Of a DNA stretch of 64,000 bases, positions 39,821 to 49,536 are shown one piece after another. The stretch is from an uncultured Verrucomicrobiae bacterium (lineage in GTDB: Bacteria; Chlamydiota; Chlamydiia; Chlamydiales; Rhabdochlamydiaceae): assembly GCA_963718565.1 (NCBI GenBank), contig OY970364.1, positions 1,984,001 to 2,048,000 of the forward strand. The letters run 5' to 3'. Positions within the stretch are counted from its first letter, which is position 1. Each line of letters starts with the position of its first letter. The notes under the pieces are model-generated. The model had not been told where the DNA came from and did not search any database. It worked only from the letters and a program-made list of their open reading frames with translations. A program made the translations under genes and the position numbers.

Positions 39821-39889
39821 GAGTGTAAATAAAAGTGTTGAGGCTAGGCATTGAAGTAATGCCTAGCCTCAACACTTTTATTTACACCC
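39821..39889. mobile_element. 69-bp hairpin element C with 9-bp target duplication
   Basis: gtgtaaataaaagtgttgaggctaggcatt / aatgcctagcctcaacacttttatttacac; ttttaaagt on both sides; the empty site is visible in the 49245-49535 copy. Confidence 0.88.
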
Positions 39890-39980
39890 TTTTAAAGTAT
39901 CCGCAGCCTTGCCAAATTCCCAAATTTTGAATTCATTTCGGTATACGCAAAACTGCTTGTCTGGATTGAGGTCGATCATT

Positions 39981-41291
39981 ATGCTACGAAAAAGAACAAC
40001 TTCGGGTATTGCCTTGGCGAAATTCTTATCTTGCTTTTGTTTTTGCCTAGTTCTTTGTTCGGCTCATTTACTTGCAGAAGATGCAGTAGAAACTCCTTCA
40101 CAACGAAAGACCCTCCTCATTCTCTCCAGTACGGGTGGAGGTGGACATATTGCTGCGTGCAACACGTTGCAAAGTCTTGTGGGGGATGAATATGATCTAA
40201 AAATGGTTTATCCCATCAATCAATTGCGCATTTGGGGCGTTCCTTCTTGTGAGCAGGTCTATAATTCGATGTTGCGCAATGGCTGGATCCGTTCGATGAA
40301 TTTCATCGTGCGCAACTTGGCGCCTTCTATTTTTCGATCTTATATGGGAAAGTTGGAAAGAATTATCCATTCCTACATCCAGACTTACAAGTCTGATCTT
40401 GTCATTTCAGTGATTCCTTTTGTCAATTTACCCGCATCGGAAGCAGCTCGAAAATCGAAGCTCCCCTTTCTCATTATTACAACGGATAATGATCTGAGAA
40501 ATTGGGCTGTTGAGATCGAAAAGATCAAGCATCCTTATTTTAAAGTGACAATTGGGGCTGACTTGTCCACAACTCGTGATGTTTTGCTGCGGAAACGTGT
40601 TCCGGAGAGTGCGATTGAGACGATTGGACTCCCGCTAAGAACAGAATTCATGGTTCAAAAAGATCGCAATAAAATTCTCGAAGAATTGCATCTTCCTTCT
40701 GAGAAAAAAATTGTGTTAATTATGATGGGAGCTGCAGGAGGCGACACGGCCTACGCTTATGCAAAGAAGGTGGGTAATCTTGATCTCAATGCACATATTG
40801 TCGTCATCGCAGGACGAAATAATAAACTCAAACAGCAGCTCGAACGATTGGAGTTAAATTCTTCGAACACGATGACAGTTTTTGGCTATACGGAACGAGT
40901 TGCGGATATCATGGCTGTTTCCAATGTCATCATCACTAAACCAGGACCTGGAACGATTAATGAGGCTATTGCGATGAAGCTTCCCATTCTTATTGACAAT
41001 ACGGACATCACTTTATTTTGGGAGCGCGCCAATGTCGATTTTGTCTTAAAATATGGCGTTGGGCAAAAAATCAAAAAACTAAGACAGGTCGAAGATCTGC
41101 TCGTCGCTTATCTCAATGATGAGCAAACAATTCAGAACATCGAAAAGTGTTTTATCGACATCCCCCCTAATCAATTCCATTTGCGGATTAGGGGGATCAT
41201 TCAAGAATTAATCTCAGCAAGGCCTGATTGGATGTCCGTTGTGAATGCGATCGAGCTAGATAACGACGAAGAATTTGAATTTAAGCTCTAG
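39981..41291 (+). CDS. MGDG synthase/UgtP-like glycosyltransferase (GT28)
   Basis: STGGGGHIAA, ITTD, GLPLR, AGRN, ITKPGPGTINEA, ERANV. Confidence 0.82.
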   Translation: MLRKRTTSGIALAKFLSCFCFCLVLCSAHLLAEDAVETPSQRKTLLILSSTGGGGHIAACNTLQSLVGDEYDLKMVYPINQLRIWGVPSCEQVYNSMLRNGWIRSMNFIVRNLAPSIFRSYMGKLERIIHSYIQTYKSDLVISVIPFVNLPASEAARKSKLPFLIITTDNDLRNWAVEIEKIKHPYFKVTIGADLSTTRDVLLRKRVPESAIETIGLPLRTEFMVQKDRNKILEELHLPSEKKIVLIMMGAAGGDTAYAYAKKVGNLDLNAHIVVIAGRNNKLKQQLERLELNSSNTMTVFGYTERVADIMAVSNVIITKPGPGTINEAIAMKLPILIDNTDITLFWERANVDFVLKYGVGQKIKKLRQVEDLLVAYLNDEQTIQNIEKCFIDIPPNQFHLRIRGIIQELISARPDWMSVVNAIELDNDEEFEFKL

Positions 41292-41842
41292 AGGGGTTTT
41301 GCAATTCCCTCTCTAGGAACTGCTTTAAATCCGCACCCTTTAATGATTCGAGGATAGCCAAAATATTCGATGACGGGCCACTTACGGCAAACAGAAGGCC
41401 GTAAATGATAATGCCCACATGTTCCATTCTTTTTCAAATAGCGGCATCCCATGACGTAAATGCGTTTTCCATCACTTTCGTGGACTTCCGGATGACGTCG
41501 ATAAAATCCCAGCACTTGAGTGTTCCAAAAATAAAAAAGTCTCCCCAAAATTCCTCTGGCTTCGGGAATGAGAACGTAGTGGCAGCAATTGCCTCGTTTC
41601 AGACATTTCCCTTCTTTCTTAAAAGGAGGCCGAACAAACATTCGGGCAACTTTCTGCGCTCCCAGATCGAGAAGAATGAAGGGCAGCAGGACACTGCGGA
41701 CGGGCCACCGGATCCATCCGGGCAGCCATTGAAGGGGGATGCCGCCAGGAGGGTCAGGAGGAGTCTCATTTGTTTCAGCAAGAATGAGGATTTGGTCGAG
41801 GCCTTCGGTCATAGCCTCAGGTTCTGAATAAATTTTTAACAT
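41288..41842 (-). CDS. YkgJ-like cysteine-cluster (CxxCxxCC-type) protein
   Basis: CLKRGNCC, CRYL...TCGHYHLRPSVCRKWP. Confidence 0.75.
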   Translation of the reverse strand: MLKIYSEPEAMTEGLDQILILAETNETPPDPPGGIPLQWLPGWIRWPVRSVLLPFILLDLGAQKVARMFVRPPFKKEGKCLKRGNCCHYVLIPEARGILGRLFYFWNTQVLGFYRRHPEVHESDGKRIYVMGCRYLKKNGTCGHYHLRPSVCRKWPVIEYFGYPRIIKGCGFKAVPREGIAKPL

Positions 41843-41960
41843 TTGAAATTTTGTAACTTTAATTGGTTTGGACTATTATAATCATTAGGCAAATTCTTCA
41901 AAAATCTTTCTTTAGATGGAATTGCAATTCCCTCTTTAGGTAAAAGATAGGCGTGTTCGT

Positions 41961-43397
41961 ATGAAAAAAATTTTACTTTGGTTCCATCTCTTCATTCTTC
42001 CTGTGACATCGAACCTTCGAGCGGAAGCATTAGAAGAGCATCCTGTGGTGATCTTAGGGAGCGGCGTTGCGGCGCTCACCTCTGCTGTCTATCTTGCTAG
42101 AGCAGGATTGCCTCCAGTGGTTATTACAGGACTCTCTGTGGGAGGGACAATCACGCAATCGCATAATGTGCAGAATTGGCCTGGAGAAATGTCCATTTCT
42201 GGGGTTGAATTGGGGGACAGAGTCAAAAAACAAGCCGAACAAAATGGAGCCATTTTAGTTTCTGAAATTGTTCTGGCTGTTGATTTGTCCAAACGTCCTT
42301 TTCTCATCACGACGAAACCGATTTTTGGATCTAGCGAACAATTAAAGCAGTATAAAGCCCATTCGATCATTATCGCTCTTGGGGCAACACCCAATCTTCT
42401 GAATATTCCAGGAGAAATGGGAAAAGAGGGTTATTGGTCGCGCGGGGTCTATAGTTGTGCTGTATGCGATGGTTCTACCTACAAAGACAAAGTTGTTGCC
42501 GTTGTCGGAGGCGGCGATAGCGCATTGATCGAGGCACAATATCTTTCCAATCTTGCAGAAAAAGTTCATATTTTTGTTCGTCGCGATGAATTCCGCACTG
42601 TAGAAAAAGAACGGATGAACGAGGTTCTATCGCGACCGAATGTTCAAGTGCACTATAAGACTGTGATCAAGGAAATAAAAGGAGATGGGCAAAAAGTGAC
42701 TCATCTCGTCGTCCGCAATCCATCGACGGATAAGATGTTCGAAGTTCCCGTCGACGCGCTTTTTCTTGCGATTGGCGCACGTCCAAACACCGATCTATTC
42801 CATAGCCAACTCGAACTCGACTCTGCAGGGTATATCGTTCTTAAAAAACATCAACAGACATCGATCGAGGGAGTGTATGCTATCGGGGATGTTTGCGATC
42901 CGGAATTCAAACAAGCGATCTCTGCCGCAGGAGATGCCGCAAAAGCGGCATTGCAAGCGCAAAAGTATATTGCTTCTGCTGTCCCCTCCTCAGAGAAGAG
43001 TGGAGTGGTGAACATCGTAGAAAAAAAACAAGAAGTTAAAAAGGTCATCGAGGTGGCTTCGAAAGAGCATTTTGAAAGAGAATTGCGCGAAGCCAACAGC
43101 ATTGTCTTTGTCGATTTTTATGCGACATTTTGCGGGCCGTGCCGAATGTTTGGCCCACAATACGAGATGTGGGCAAAAGAATATGGCAGTAAAATTAAAT
43201 TCTTGAAGGTCAACTCGGAAGTGGGTCGCGAACTTTTCAATCAATATCAGATTCAAGTCGTTCCAACATTGCTCATTTTTGATGAAAAAGGGAACGTGAT
43301 CCGTAAAAGCAGCGGCATGAAAGAAATTGTCGATCTCGAAAAGCGTTTAGAGAAAACGCGAGATAAAGAAGAACTCTCTTCTCTAGATTTCAAGTAA
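41961..43397 (+). CDS. trxB: Thioredoxin reductase with C-terminal thioredoxin domain
   Basis: GSGVAA, CAVCDG, GGGDSA, GD..FKQAISAAG; C-terminal VDFYATFCGPC. Confidence 0.88.
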   Translation: MKKILLWFHLFILPVTSNLRAEALEEHPVVILGSGVAALTSAVYLARAGLPPVVITGLSVGGTITQSHNVQNWPGEMSISGVELGDRVKKQAEQNGAILVSEIVLAVDLSKRPFLITTKPIFGSSEQLKQYKAHSIIIALGATPNLLNIPGEMGKEGYWSRGVYSCAVCDGSTYKDKVVAVVGGGDSALIEAQYLSNLAEKVHIFVRRDEFRTVEKERMNEVLSRPNVQVHYKTVIKEIKGDGQKVTHLVVRNPSTDKMFEVPVDALFLAIGARPNTDLFHSQLELDSAGYIVLKKHQQTSIEGVYAIGDVCDPEFKQAISAAGDAAKAALQAQKYIASAVPSSEKSGVVNIVEKKQEVKKVIEVASKEHFERELREANSIVFVDFYATFCGPCRMFGPQYEMWAKEYGSKIKFLKVNSEVGRELFNQYQIQVVPTLLIFDEKGNVIRKSSGMKEIVDLEKRLEKTRDKEELSSLDFK

Positions 43398-43752
43398 CGA
43401 TATAAGAATCGATCCGCTTGAGCCATCCTGGAAGCCAGCGTTCTTCGTGTCGTTCGGGGGGAGCATTTTGCACTCTGCGCTTGAGGATTCTTTTGGCTGT
43501 TTCTGCAAAGGCCAAAAGAGGATCTTTTACATCGCCAGGCATTTCCTTAATGAAATGACCGATTCCCAAAGAGGCAAAATTTTCTCTTTCATTCCACCAG
43601 ACAAGTTTTTCCACTTTACCGCTGCATTCATTGAAGAAGATATGATGGCCAATCCGCTCTCCTTCTTCACGAGTAATTTCCCAAGAGAAAAGAGAAAAAG
43701 ACAACCGCAAGCTAAAAATTAGAAAGCCACAGTAAAAAAAACTGCGATTCAT
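43390..43752 (-). pseudogene. Hypothetical secreted protein, apparently internally deleted
   Basis: Signal peptide, NECSG..LVWWN..ENFASLGIGHFI joined abruptly to a C-terminal ..WLPGWLKRIDSY. Confidence 0.5.
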
Positions 43753-43766
43753 TACACTGCTATCTC

Positions 43767-44924
43767 ATGCTTAAACTTTTGAGGGAATTGCAAAACTCTT
43801 CGCCGCATAAAATCGCGCTTTTGGTACCTGTCGCCTTGGCGGCGGCTCTCCTACTTATCCAAGTATGCTTTCGCCGCCGCCAACCGAACCCGCTGTGCGG
43901 GTTTTGGCAACAGGTGCCAAAATCATCGATTTTCTGCTGGCGAGGAGTTTTGCAATTCCCTCTTTTTATTCTTTATCTTAGCACAGGATTGTTCTTTTGC
44001 CACTGCTATTCTGAAGAGTTGAGCAAGAGGGGTTTTTTTACGGATGCCGCACTCTTATATTGGAAAGCTCATGAAGCAGCTTTAAGCTTTGCGGTGGACA
44101 GTGATTCCTTGCTCAAGCTAGCTCCCCACGCTAAGGTGGAAAATCCTACGTTCGAATGGGACTTTGGTTTTAAGCTAGGCTTAGGGTACCGTTTCCCTCA
44201 TGATCGATGGAATCTTCAACTGCAATTCACCTCTTTTCAAACACACACAGACAATGAAACAAAAGCGCGCAACGGCAATGTTCTCTTTCCCCTTTGGCAA
44301 AAATCAACGACTGGCGGTCTCTTTTTTGCTGAAGAGGCCAAAGTGCATTGGCGTCTTCATCTAGGACTTGTCGATTTAACGCTGAGTAAATGTTATGAGG
44401 TATCGAAAACCTTCTTTTTGACGCCGGATGTCGGAATAAGAGCGGGATCTGTGCGACAGAAGTACTATCTTGATTATTATGGAGGAAATTTGCCGAATGG
44501 TGCAGATGAAATCATCCACATGAAGAATAAATATTTCGGTATTGGACCCAACTTAGGTCTTATAGGCCAATGGTCCTTGGGTGGGGGTTTTAGTTTGTGT
44601 GCACACAGCTTGTTCAGTGTGCTTTTTGGGGAATTTTATTTGCACCAAGATGAATATGCCGGCAAGGAAAAGCTCTTGGGAGTCCATGATATCTTTCCAT
44701 CTTCTGCGGCAATGATCGATCTTGGCGCTGGGGTTTGCTGGCAACGTTGTTTTCACGGAGCCCTTAAGCGGCTGAAATTAGAACTGGCCTGGGATGAGCT
44801 GTTGTTCTTTTCCCAGAACCAGCTTTTGCATTTTACGAGTGCAGGGGCGCCAGGAGTTTTTTTTGCAAATCAAGGAGATCTTTTCGTTTCAGGAATCGAG
44901 TTCATCATGCGTTTTGATTTTTAA
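43767..44924 (+). CDS. Lpg1974/MOMP-like outer-membrane beta-barrel with MITE B in the signal region
   Basis: LYWKA, FEWDFGFKLGLGY, YFGIGP..G, C-terminal RFDF. Confidence 0.8.
   Translation: MLKLLRELQNSSPHKIALLVPVALAAALLLIQVCFRRRQPNPLCGFWQQVPKSSIFCWRGVLQFPLFILYLSTGLFFCHCYSEELSKRGFFTDAALLYWKAHEAALSFAVDSDSLLKLAPHAKVENPTFEWDFGFKLGLGYRFPHDRWNLQLQFTSFQTHTDNETKARNGNVLFPLWQKSTTGGLFFAEEAKVHWRLHLGLVDLTLSKCYEVSKTFFLTPDVGIRAGSVRQKYYLDYYGGNLPNGADEIIHMKNKYFGIGPNLGLIGQWSLGGGFSLCAHSLFSVLFGEFYLHQDEYAGKEKLLGVHDIFPSSAAMIDLGAGVCWQRCFHGALKRLKLELAWDELLFFSQNQLLHFTSAGAPGVFFANQGDLFVSGIEFIMRFDF
43781..43962. mobile_element. MITE family B, ~182 bp
   Basis: TIRs gagggaattgcaaaactc / gagttttgcaattccctc. Confidence 0.85.
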
Positions 44925-46480
44925 ACTTCGTCGCTGACAAACCCGCGGCGACGCAGGAAAAGAGTGAGTGCGAAGATCACAGCCATTCCTATCAAGAGCA
45001 TCCCCATCAGATAAAAACAATCATCTAGGGCCAAAGAAATCGATTCTCGTTGCAAAAAGTATTCGAGCTGGGCATTTGCGGTTTCACCGTGCAGGTCAAT
45101 CTGCGCGGCTTTAGAAAAAAATTCTTGCGTTTCTGGAGATAATACGGTGAGTTTACTCCCTAATCGATCATGGTAGAAGACTTGCCTGCGCAGCCATATC
45201 GTCGTGTAGATCGAAGCGCCAAGGCCGCTGGCCAAGGCACGGACAACTTGAAATAAGCTGAGGACGTGAATGTGGTTTTCCTTAGGGAAATTATGAAAGG
45301 AGATCCTAAAAATCGGAGCCAGGAAAAAGGCCAGGCCAATTCCTGCGAGGATTCTTGAGAAGGCAATCCTTCCAAAATTGATGTCGACGTTGAAGAGCAT
45401 GGTGTGAAAGCAGGAAATTGCCAAAAAAACGATCGAAATCGCTAGAAAAATACGGTTGTCCATTTTACGTATTTTTTCATCGATAAGAAACATCGGAAAC
45501 ACGCCTGAAAACGCCATCGTCCCGATGAGAAGCGCTATCCAGTCTGGGGTGTATTTTACCCAAAGGTTTAGCCATAATGCTAAGAGGATAACCATTCCAA
45601 AATAAGCGGAAAATAAAATGGTGAGATTGAAAAGGGCAAAAGAAAAATAAGGGTTTTTTAGCATGCGGAGATAGAGAATCGGAGTGGGATGATGGAATTC
45701 CCAGATGATAAAATAAATCAGGGATAAAATTCCGAGAACTGCAAGTGTGATGATTAGAGGAGAGCGAAACCAATCTAATTGCTGGCCAGTTGTGAGGACA
45801 GAGCCTAGGCAAAGTACGCCGATAGAAAAAGAGAGATAGCCGATGAGATCAAAAGAGGAGTTTTGATTGGGTGGCTTGTGGGAGTCAAATCCTTTGAGTC
45901 GACGCCAAAGACAAAAGGCCAAGAAGAGTTGCAAGGGAAGATCGAAATAAAAGATCCAGCGCCAGTTCCATTCATAAGCAATCCAGCCTCCCCAACACGC
46001 TCCGATCACTGGACTCATTGTGAAAATCGATAGGGTGATCGAAGTAAACAGGCCGCGCTTTTCAGCGGGGACAAGTTTTGCGTTTAAATAAAAGATCAAG
46101 GCATAAAAAGGGCCGCAGGAAAATCCCTGTAAAAATCGCACAGCGATGAAAAAGGGATAGTTAGGGGCAATGGCACAGACTAAAGAGAGAAGACAAAAAA
46201 GAAGCATGCCAAACACTAAACATTTTGCTGTTCCAAATTTATCGACGCATGTTCTTCCTAAGGGAATGCCCAGAGCATTTCCTAAAGCAAAAAAAGTGAC
46301 TGTATAACTAGCAATGTCATTGCTGCCTCCCAAATCTCCGACGATATAAGGAGTGGCCATGATTGTGAGCGTGTAATTAAAAATGACGGTAAATAAAGAG
46401 AAAAAGAGAGCGGTGTATAAAAAATTGTCCGGCGGGCGTTTAAGGCATGCGGTTATTGAGCTGTTCATCTTCTCTTTCAA
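44921..46480 (-). CDS. emrB: DHA2 MFS efflux permease (EmrB-like)
   Basis: ~14 TM segments; RFLQG, PVIG..GGWI..WRWIF, GQQLDWF.S. Confidence 0.82.
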   Translation of the reverse strand: MKEKMNSSITACLKRPPDNFLYTALFFSLFTVIFNYTLTIMATPYIVGDLGGSNDIASYTVTFFALGNALGIPLGRTCVDKFGTAKCLVFGMLLFCLLSLVCAIAPNYPFFIAVRFLQGFSCGPFYALIFYLNAKLVPAEKRGLFTSITLSIFTMSPVIGACWGGWIAYEWNWRWIFYFDLPLQLFLAFCLWRRLKGFDSHKPPNQNSSFDLIGYLSFSIGVLCLGSVLTTGQQLDWFRSPLIITLAVLGILSLIYFIIWEFHHPTPILYLRMLKNPYFSFALFNLTILFSAYFGMVILLALWLNLWVKYTPDWIALLIGTMAFSGVFPMFLIDEKIRKMDNRIFLAISIVFLAISCFHTMLFNVDINFGRIAFSRILAGIGLAFFLAPIFRISFHNFPKENHIHVLSLFQVVRALASGLGASIYTTIWLRRQVFYHDRLGSKLTVLSPETQEFFSKAAQIDLHGETANAQLEYFLQRESISLALDDCFYLMGMLLIGMAVIFALTLFLRRRGFVSDEV

Positions 46481-47687
46481 TAGTCAGTGGAGTGTCTGCG
46501 AAAGCAGCCAAGGATGGATCTAGGTTTTCATCCATGATGGCTTCTATGAGTTTTTTATCGCCTGTCTCTTCTGTTTTATAGATTTGTGTCTCGTAAGTTG
46601 GAGACCCTGTGGGTGTGGAAGGGACGAGCTCTCCTTGTTGATCGCGCAGATCTGTGGTTGCTTTCATCGATAACCCAATGCGCAGCGGATGCTGTATCAA
46701 TTCTTGGGGATCTAGACCGACTCTGACGGGAAGCCTTTGGACAATTTTGATCCAGTTCCCTGATAAATTTTGCGGAGGAAGCAACGAAAAGGCATTTCCA
46801 GCGCCTCCAGGAAGCCCTAAGATTGTCCCGTTAAAAACAACGTTTCGGCCGTACAGATCGGATCTGATTTTCACTTTTTGCCCAATGCGCATTTTTTTTA
46901 GCTGAGTTTCTTTATAGTTAGCATTGACCCAAATCTGATCTAAAGGGATCACGCTCATCAATGGCTGGCCAGAATTCACCCACATGCCCACTTGGATTTT
47001 TCTTTGTGCAACGAGTCCTTCGACAGGAGAATAAATGTGACAGCGATATAATTGAACCCAGGCATCGCGTAGTTTGTCAGCAGCTTCGAGAACAAGTGGA
47101 TGCGATTTGATGGAAGTTCCTTGAACAGCGCTGAGAGATTTTTCATAAAGGATTTCCGTCAGTTGTAAAGAGAAGAAACTGGCTTCTAATGCAGCGATTG
47201 CATGTTCAAAATCTTCTAGTGATACGCCTCCCTGTGCAATGACATCATAACGATGCTCATAATCTTGGCTTGCACGGATAAATTCAGCCCTTCTAATTTC
47301 TATTTCTGCTCTGTAAGCGAAGACTTGATGAAATTGCTGACAAGTTTCGCGGACAACCTGCGCCAGATTTTCTTTGGCTTTGTGGAGTGCAATCACTGAA
47401 TCGGTACGATCGAGCTCGATGAGCAGCTGGCCTTTTTTGACAAGGTAGGTGTCGTCGGAATGGATGGCTGTGATGAATCCGGGCCGAAGTGGTGTGATGA
47501 ACACTTGATTTCCTTCGACATAAGCATCATCCGTATATGCGATGTGGCGTAAATAGAAGAGCCAAAATAGAAGAAAAACGAATGCAAGAACAAGGCAAAT
47601 TCCGAAATAAACAAGTGTGATTTTTTTTCGCCTCGATCTGGTTTTTTTTGGTCTCTTTGAAGGTCGAGCAGAAGCATTATCCGTCAT
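46440..47687 (-). CDS. emrA: Membrane fusion protein (EmrA-like)
   Basis: TDDAYVEG, WVNANYKETQL, FSLLPPQNLSGNWIKIVQRLPVR. Confidence 0.9.
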   Translation of the reverse strand: MTDNASARPSKRPKKTRSRRKKITLVYFGICLVLAFVFLLFWLFYLRHIAYTDDAYVEGNQVFITPLRPGFITAIHSDDTYLVKKGQLLIELDRTDSVIALHKAKENLAQVVRETCQQFHQVFAYRAEIEIRRAEFIRASQDYEHRYDVIAQGGVSLEDFEHAIAALEASFFSLQLTEILYEKSLSAVQGTSIKSHPLVLEAADKLRDAWVQLYRCHIYSPVEGLVAQRKIQVGMWVNSGQPLMSVIPLDQIWVNANYKETQLKKMRIGQKVKIRSDLYGRNVVFNGTILGLPGGAGNAFSLLPPQNLSGNWIKIVQRLPVRVGLDPQELIQHPLRIGLSMKATTDLRDQQGELVPSTPTGSPTYETQIYKTEETGDKKLIEAIMDENLDPSLAAFADTPLTIEREDEQLNNRMP

Positions 47688-49159
47688 TTTGACTCTCCTT
47701 CTGCTCTTAAAGGGACATCATATTCAGAACGGTATCCTCCTCCTAATGCTTTAATCAATTTGATCGTTGCTAAATATTGGCTATAAAGAAGCGATACATC
47801 GTCTAATTGCTTGAAAATCCATTCTTCTTTTGACAAATACCAGGAGAGCATATTATCCAGTCCCTTTTGCTGGCGCAGATTGGTCAATGCAAAACGCTCT
47901 GCAGCAGCTTGGACAATCTGCTCTTGGTCCTGTTTTTGCTGATAGATCGTTTGCGCCAAGACGAGCAAATCAGCAACCTCTTGAGCGCTCTTAAGAAGCA
48001 GGTCGTTGTAGTCATTCACAGCGGCATCGAATTGCGCTTTTTTAGCCCGGATGTTGGCGCGAATTGCGCCGGCAGTAAAAATCGGCAGATGGATTGCAGG
48101 CTGTAATGCCGCTGTTTTACTATGTGTATTTAAAAGAAAACGATAGAGCACACTTTCTAGGCCGATCAAAGCGGTGAGATGAATATCCGGATAGAAATCC
48201 GCTTTAGCGGCGCCTACCTCATGAGCAAGGGCTTCCACACGCCAGATTTGGGCCATGAGATCAGGGCGGCGTGCCAAAAGATCTAAGGAGAGATTGCTCG
48301 GAATTGGCAGCTGTTTTAAGGGGAAAGAGAACTCCTGATCAAGGATCAAAGGCGCATCAGGACCCTTTCCGCGAAAAACATTGATCAGATGTCTATCGAC
48401 TTCAATTTCATCTTTAATAGTGAGCAACCACTTCTGGGCTTCGAGCAAATTTTCTTCGGAAAGCAAGGGTTGGAGCTTGGAGAGTAAGGCTTTTTTCTGA
48501 AGTAAACGTTGAAGCGTAAAAGTTTCCTGGCGCACTTGTACGAGTTGCTCATAAAGATTCTTGCGCAAGAGATTGGTCTGCAGGGCAAAATAAGCTTGCG
48601 CTAGTGAAGTTGTGACAATGAGCTGGACCTCAGCGCTTTCTGCTTCTTGTGCTTTGCTTTCACCTACCGCAGCCAGGAATAAATTTCTATTTTTCCCCCA
48701 GAAGTCAAACTCGTAGGTAAAAGATAAAGTCAGGTCGACAAGATTGGCATTGATAGGTACATGAGGGTTTAAAGCCCGGTAAAGTCCATGATAGCTTAAA
48801 TATTCCCAACTCTCATCGGCATCGAAAAAGAGCAAAGGAAATAATCTTGACCGCACGACTTTTGCGATCTGTTTTGCTGAAGTTACGCGCTTTTCGACTC
48901 TTTGAATGGTCGGATTTTGCCTCAAGGCTTCTACAATGAGCTGATTGAGCTGATCCGATTGAAAAATTGCCCACCAGTTTGACCGAGGCCAATCTTTGAT
49001 TTCAAAGAGGCCGCTCTCCAAACTTTTTTCGACAGATAATTCGACAGAGGGAGGCGGAAGCAGATGTGCCGTTTGTTCATCTTTAGGTAAAGAGACACAC
49101 CCGGAAAGACACAACAAACTACCGAAGATCCATTTTTTTTTAGAAATGAAGAAAGTCAT
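47684..49159 (-). CDS. Outer-membrane efflux lipoprotein (NodT/TolC family)
   Basis: Lipobox LSGC; YEFDFWG, LLARRPDL, ADFYP, LIKALGGG. Confidence 0.9.
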   Translation of the reverse strand: MTFFISKKKWIFGSLLCLSGCVSLPKDEQTAHLLPPPSVELSVEKSLESGLFEIKDWPRSNWWAIFQSDQLNQLIVEALRQNPTIQRVEKRVTSAKQIAKVVRSRLFPLLFFDADESWEYLSYHGLYRALNPHVPINANLVDLTLSFTYEFDFWGKNRNLFLAAVGESKAQEAESAEVQLIVTTSLAQAYFALQTNLLRKNLYEQLVQVRQETFTLQRLLQKKALLSKLQPLLSEENLLEAQKWLLTIKDEIEVDRHLINVFRGKGPDAPLILDQEFSFPLKQLPIPSNLSLDLLARRPDLMAQIWRVEALAHEVGAAKADFYPDIHLTALIGLESVLYRFLLNTHSKTAALQPAIHLPIFTAGAIRANIRAKKAQFDAAVNDYNDLLLKSAQEVADLLVLAQTIYQQKQDQEQIVQAAAERFALTNLRQQKGLDNMLSWYLSKEEWIFKQLDDVSLLYSQYLATIKLIKALGGGYRSEYDVPLRAEGESK

Positions 49160-49244
49160 GGGACTTATTTTATCATAATACCAATACTTCTTATTAATTT
49201 ATAATCTTGAAGGCGTCAATCTATTTTAAATGATTGCAGCTTTT

Positions 49245-49535
49245 TATACCGAAATGAACTCAAGATTTGGTTTTTGGCTACGTCGGACAGTCGCTGTATT
49301 TGAGCCCGCCTGCATCGCACAACTTATTCAAGTTGTGCCTACTTCCCTTACAAAAGAGCAATCGTGCTCTTTTGATAAGTGTCCGCAGCAGCGCCGCATA
49401 CACTGGCTCAAATTCAGGGCGCCCTCCGGGCCGGTTCGCTTTGCTCACCTGCTCCTCTTTGAAAATATCCACTGGACATTTTCAAAGTATCCGCAGCCTT
49501 GCCAAATTCCCAAATCTTGAATTCATTGCGGTATA
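49245..49535. mobile_element. MITE family A, full-length 291 bp
   Basis: TIRs tataccgaaatgaactcaagatttgg / ccaaatcttgaattcattgcggtata; internal hairpins. Confidence 0.88.
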
Positions 49536-49536
49536 T

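Larger units (their letters stand above)
39011..39945. mobile_element. Composite: MITE A halves enclosing a DDE transposase remnant and hairpin element C
   Basis: A left end 39011-39060 and A right part 39773-39945 match 49245-49535. Confidence 0.78.

Noticed and set aside
39909..39980. Longer upstream starts for the GT28 gene (also frr 16730, ppsA 53513, rfbC 58581)
   Set aside because: The extensions run through MITE sequence; downstream ATGs fit the expected protein starts
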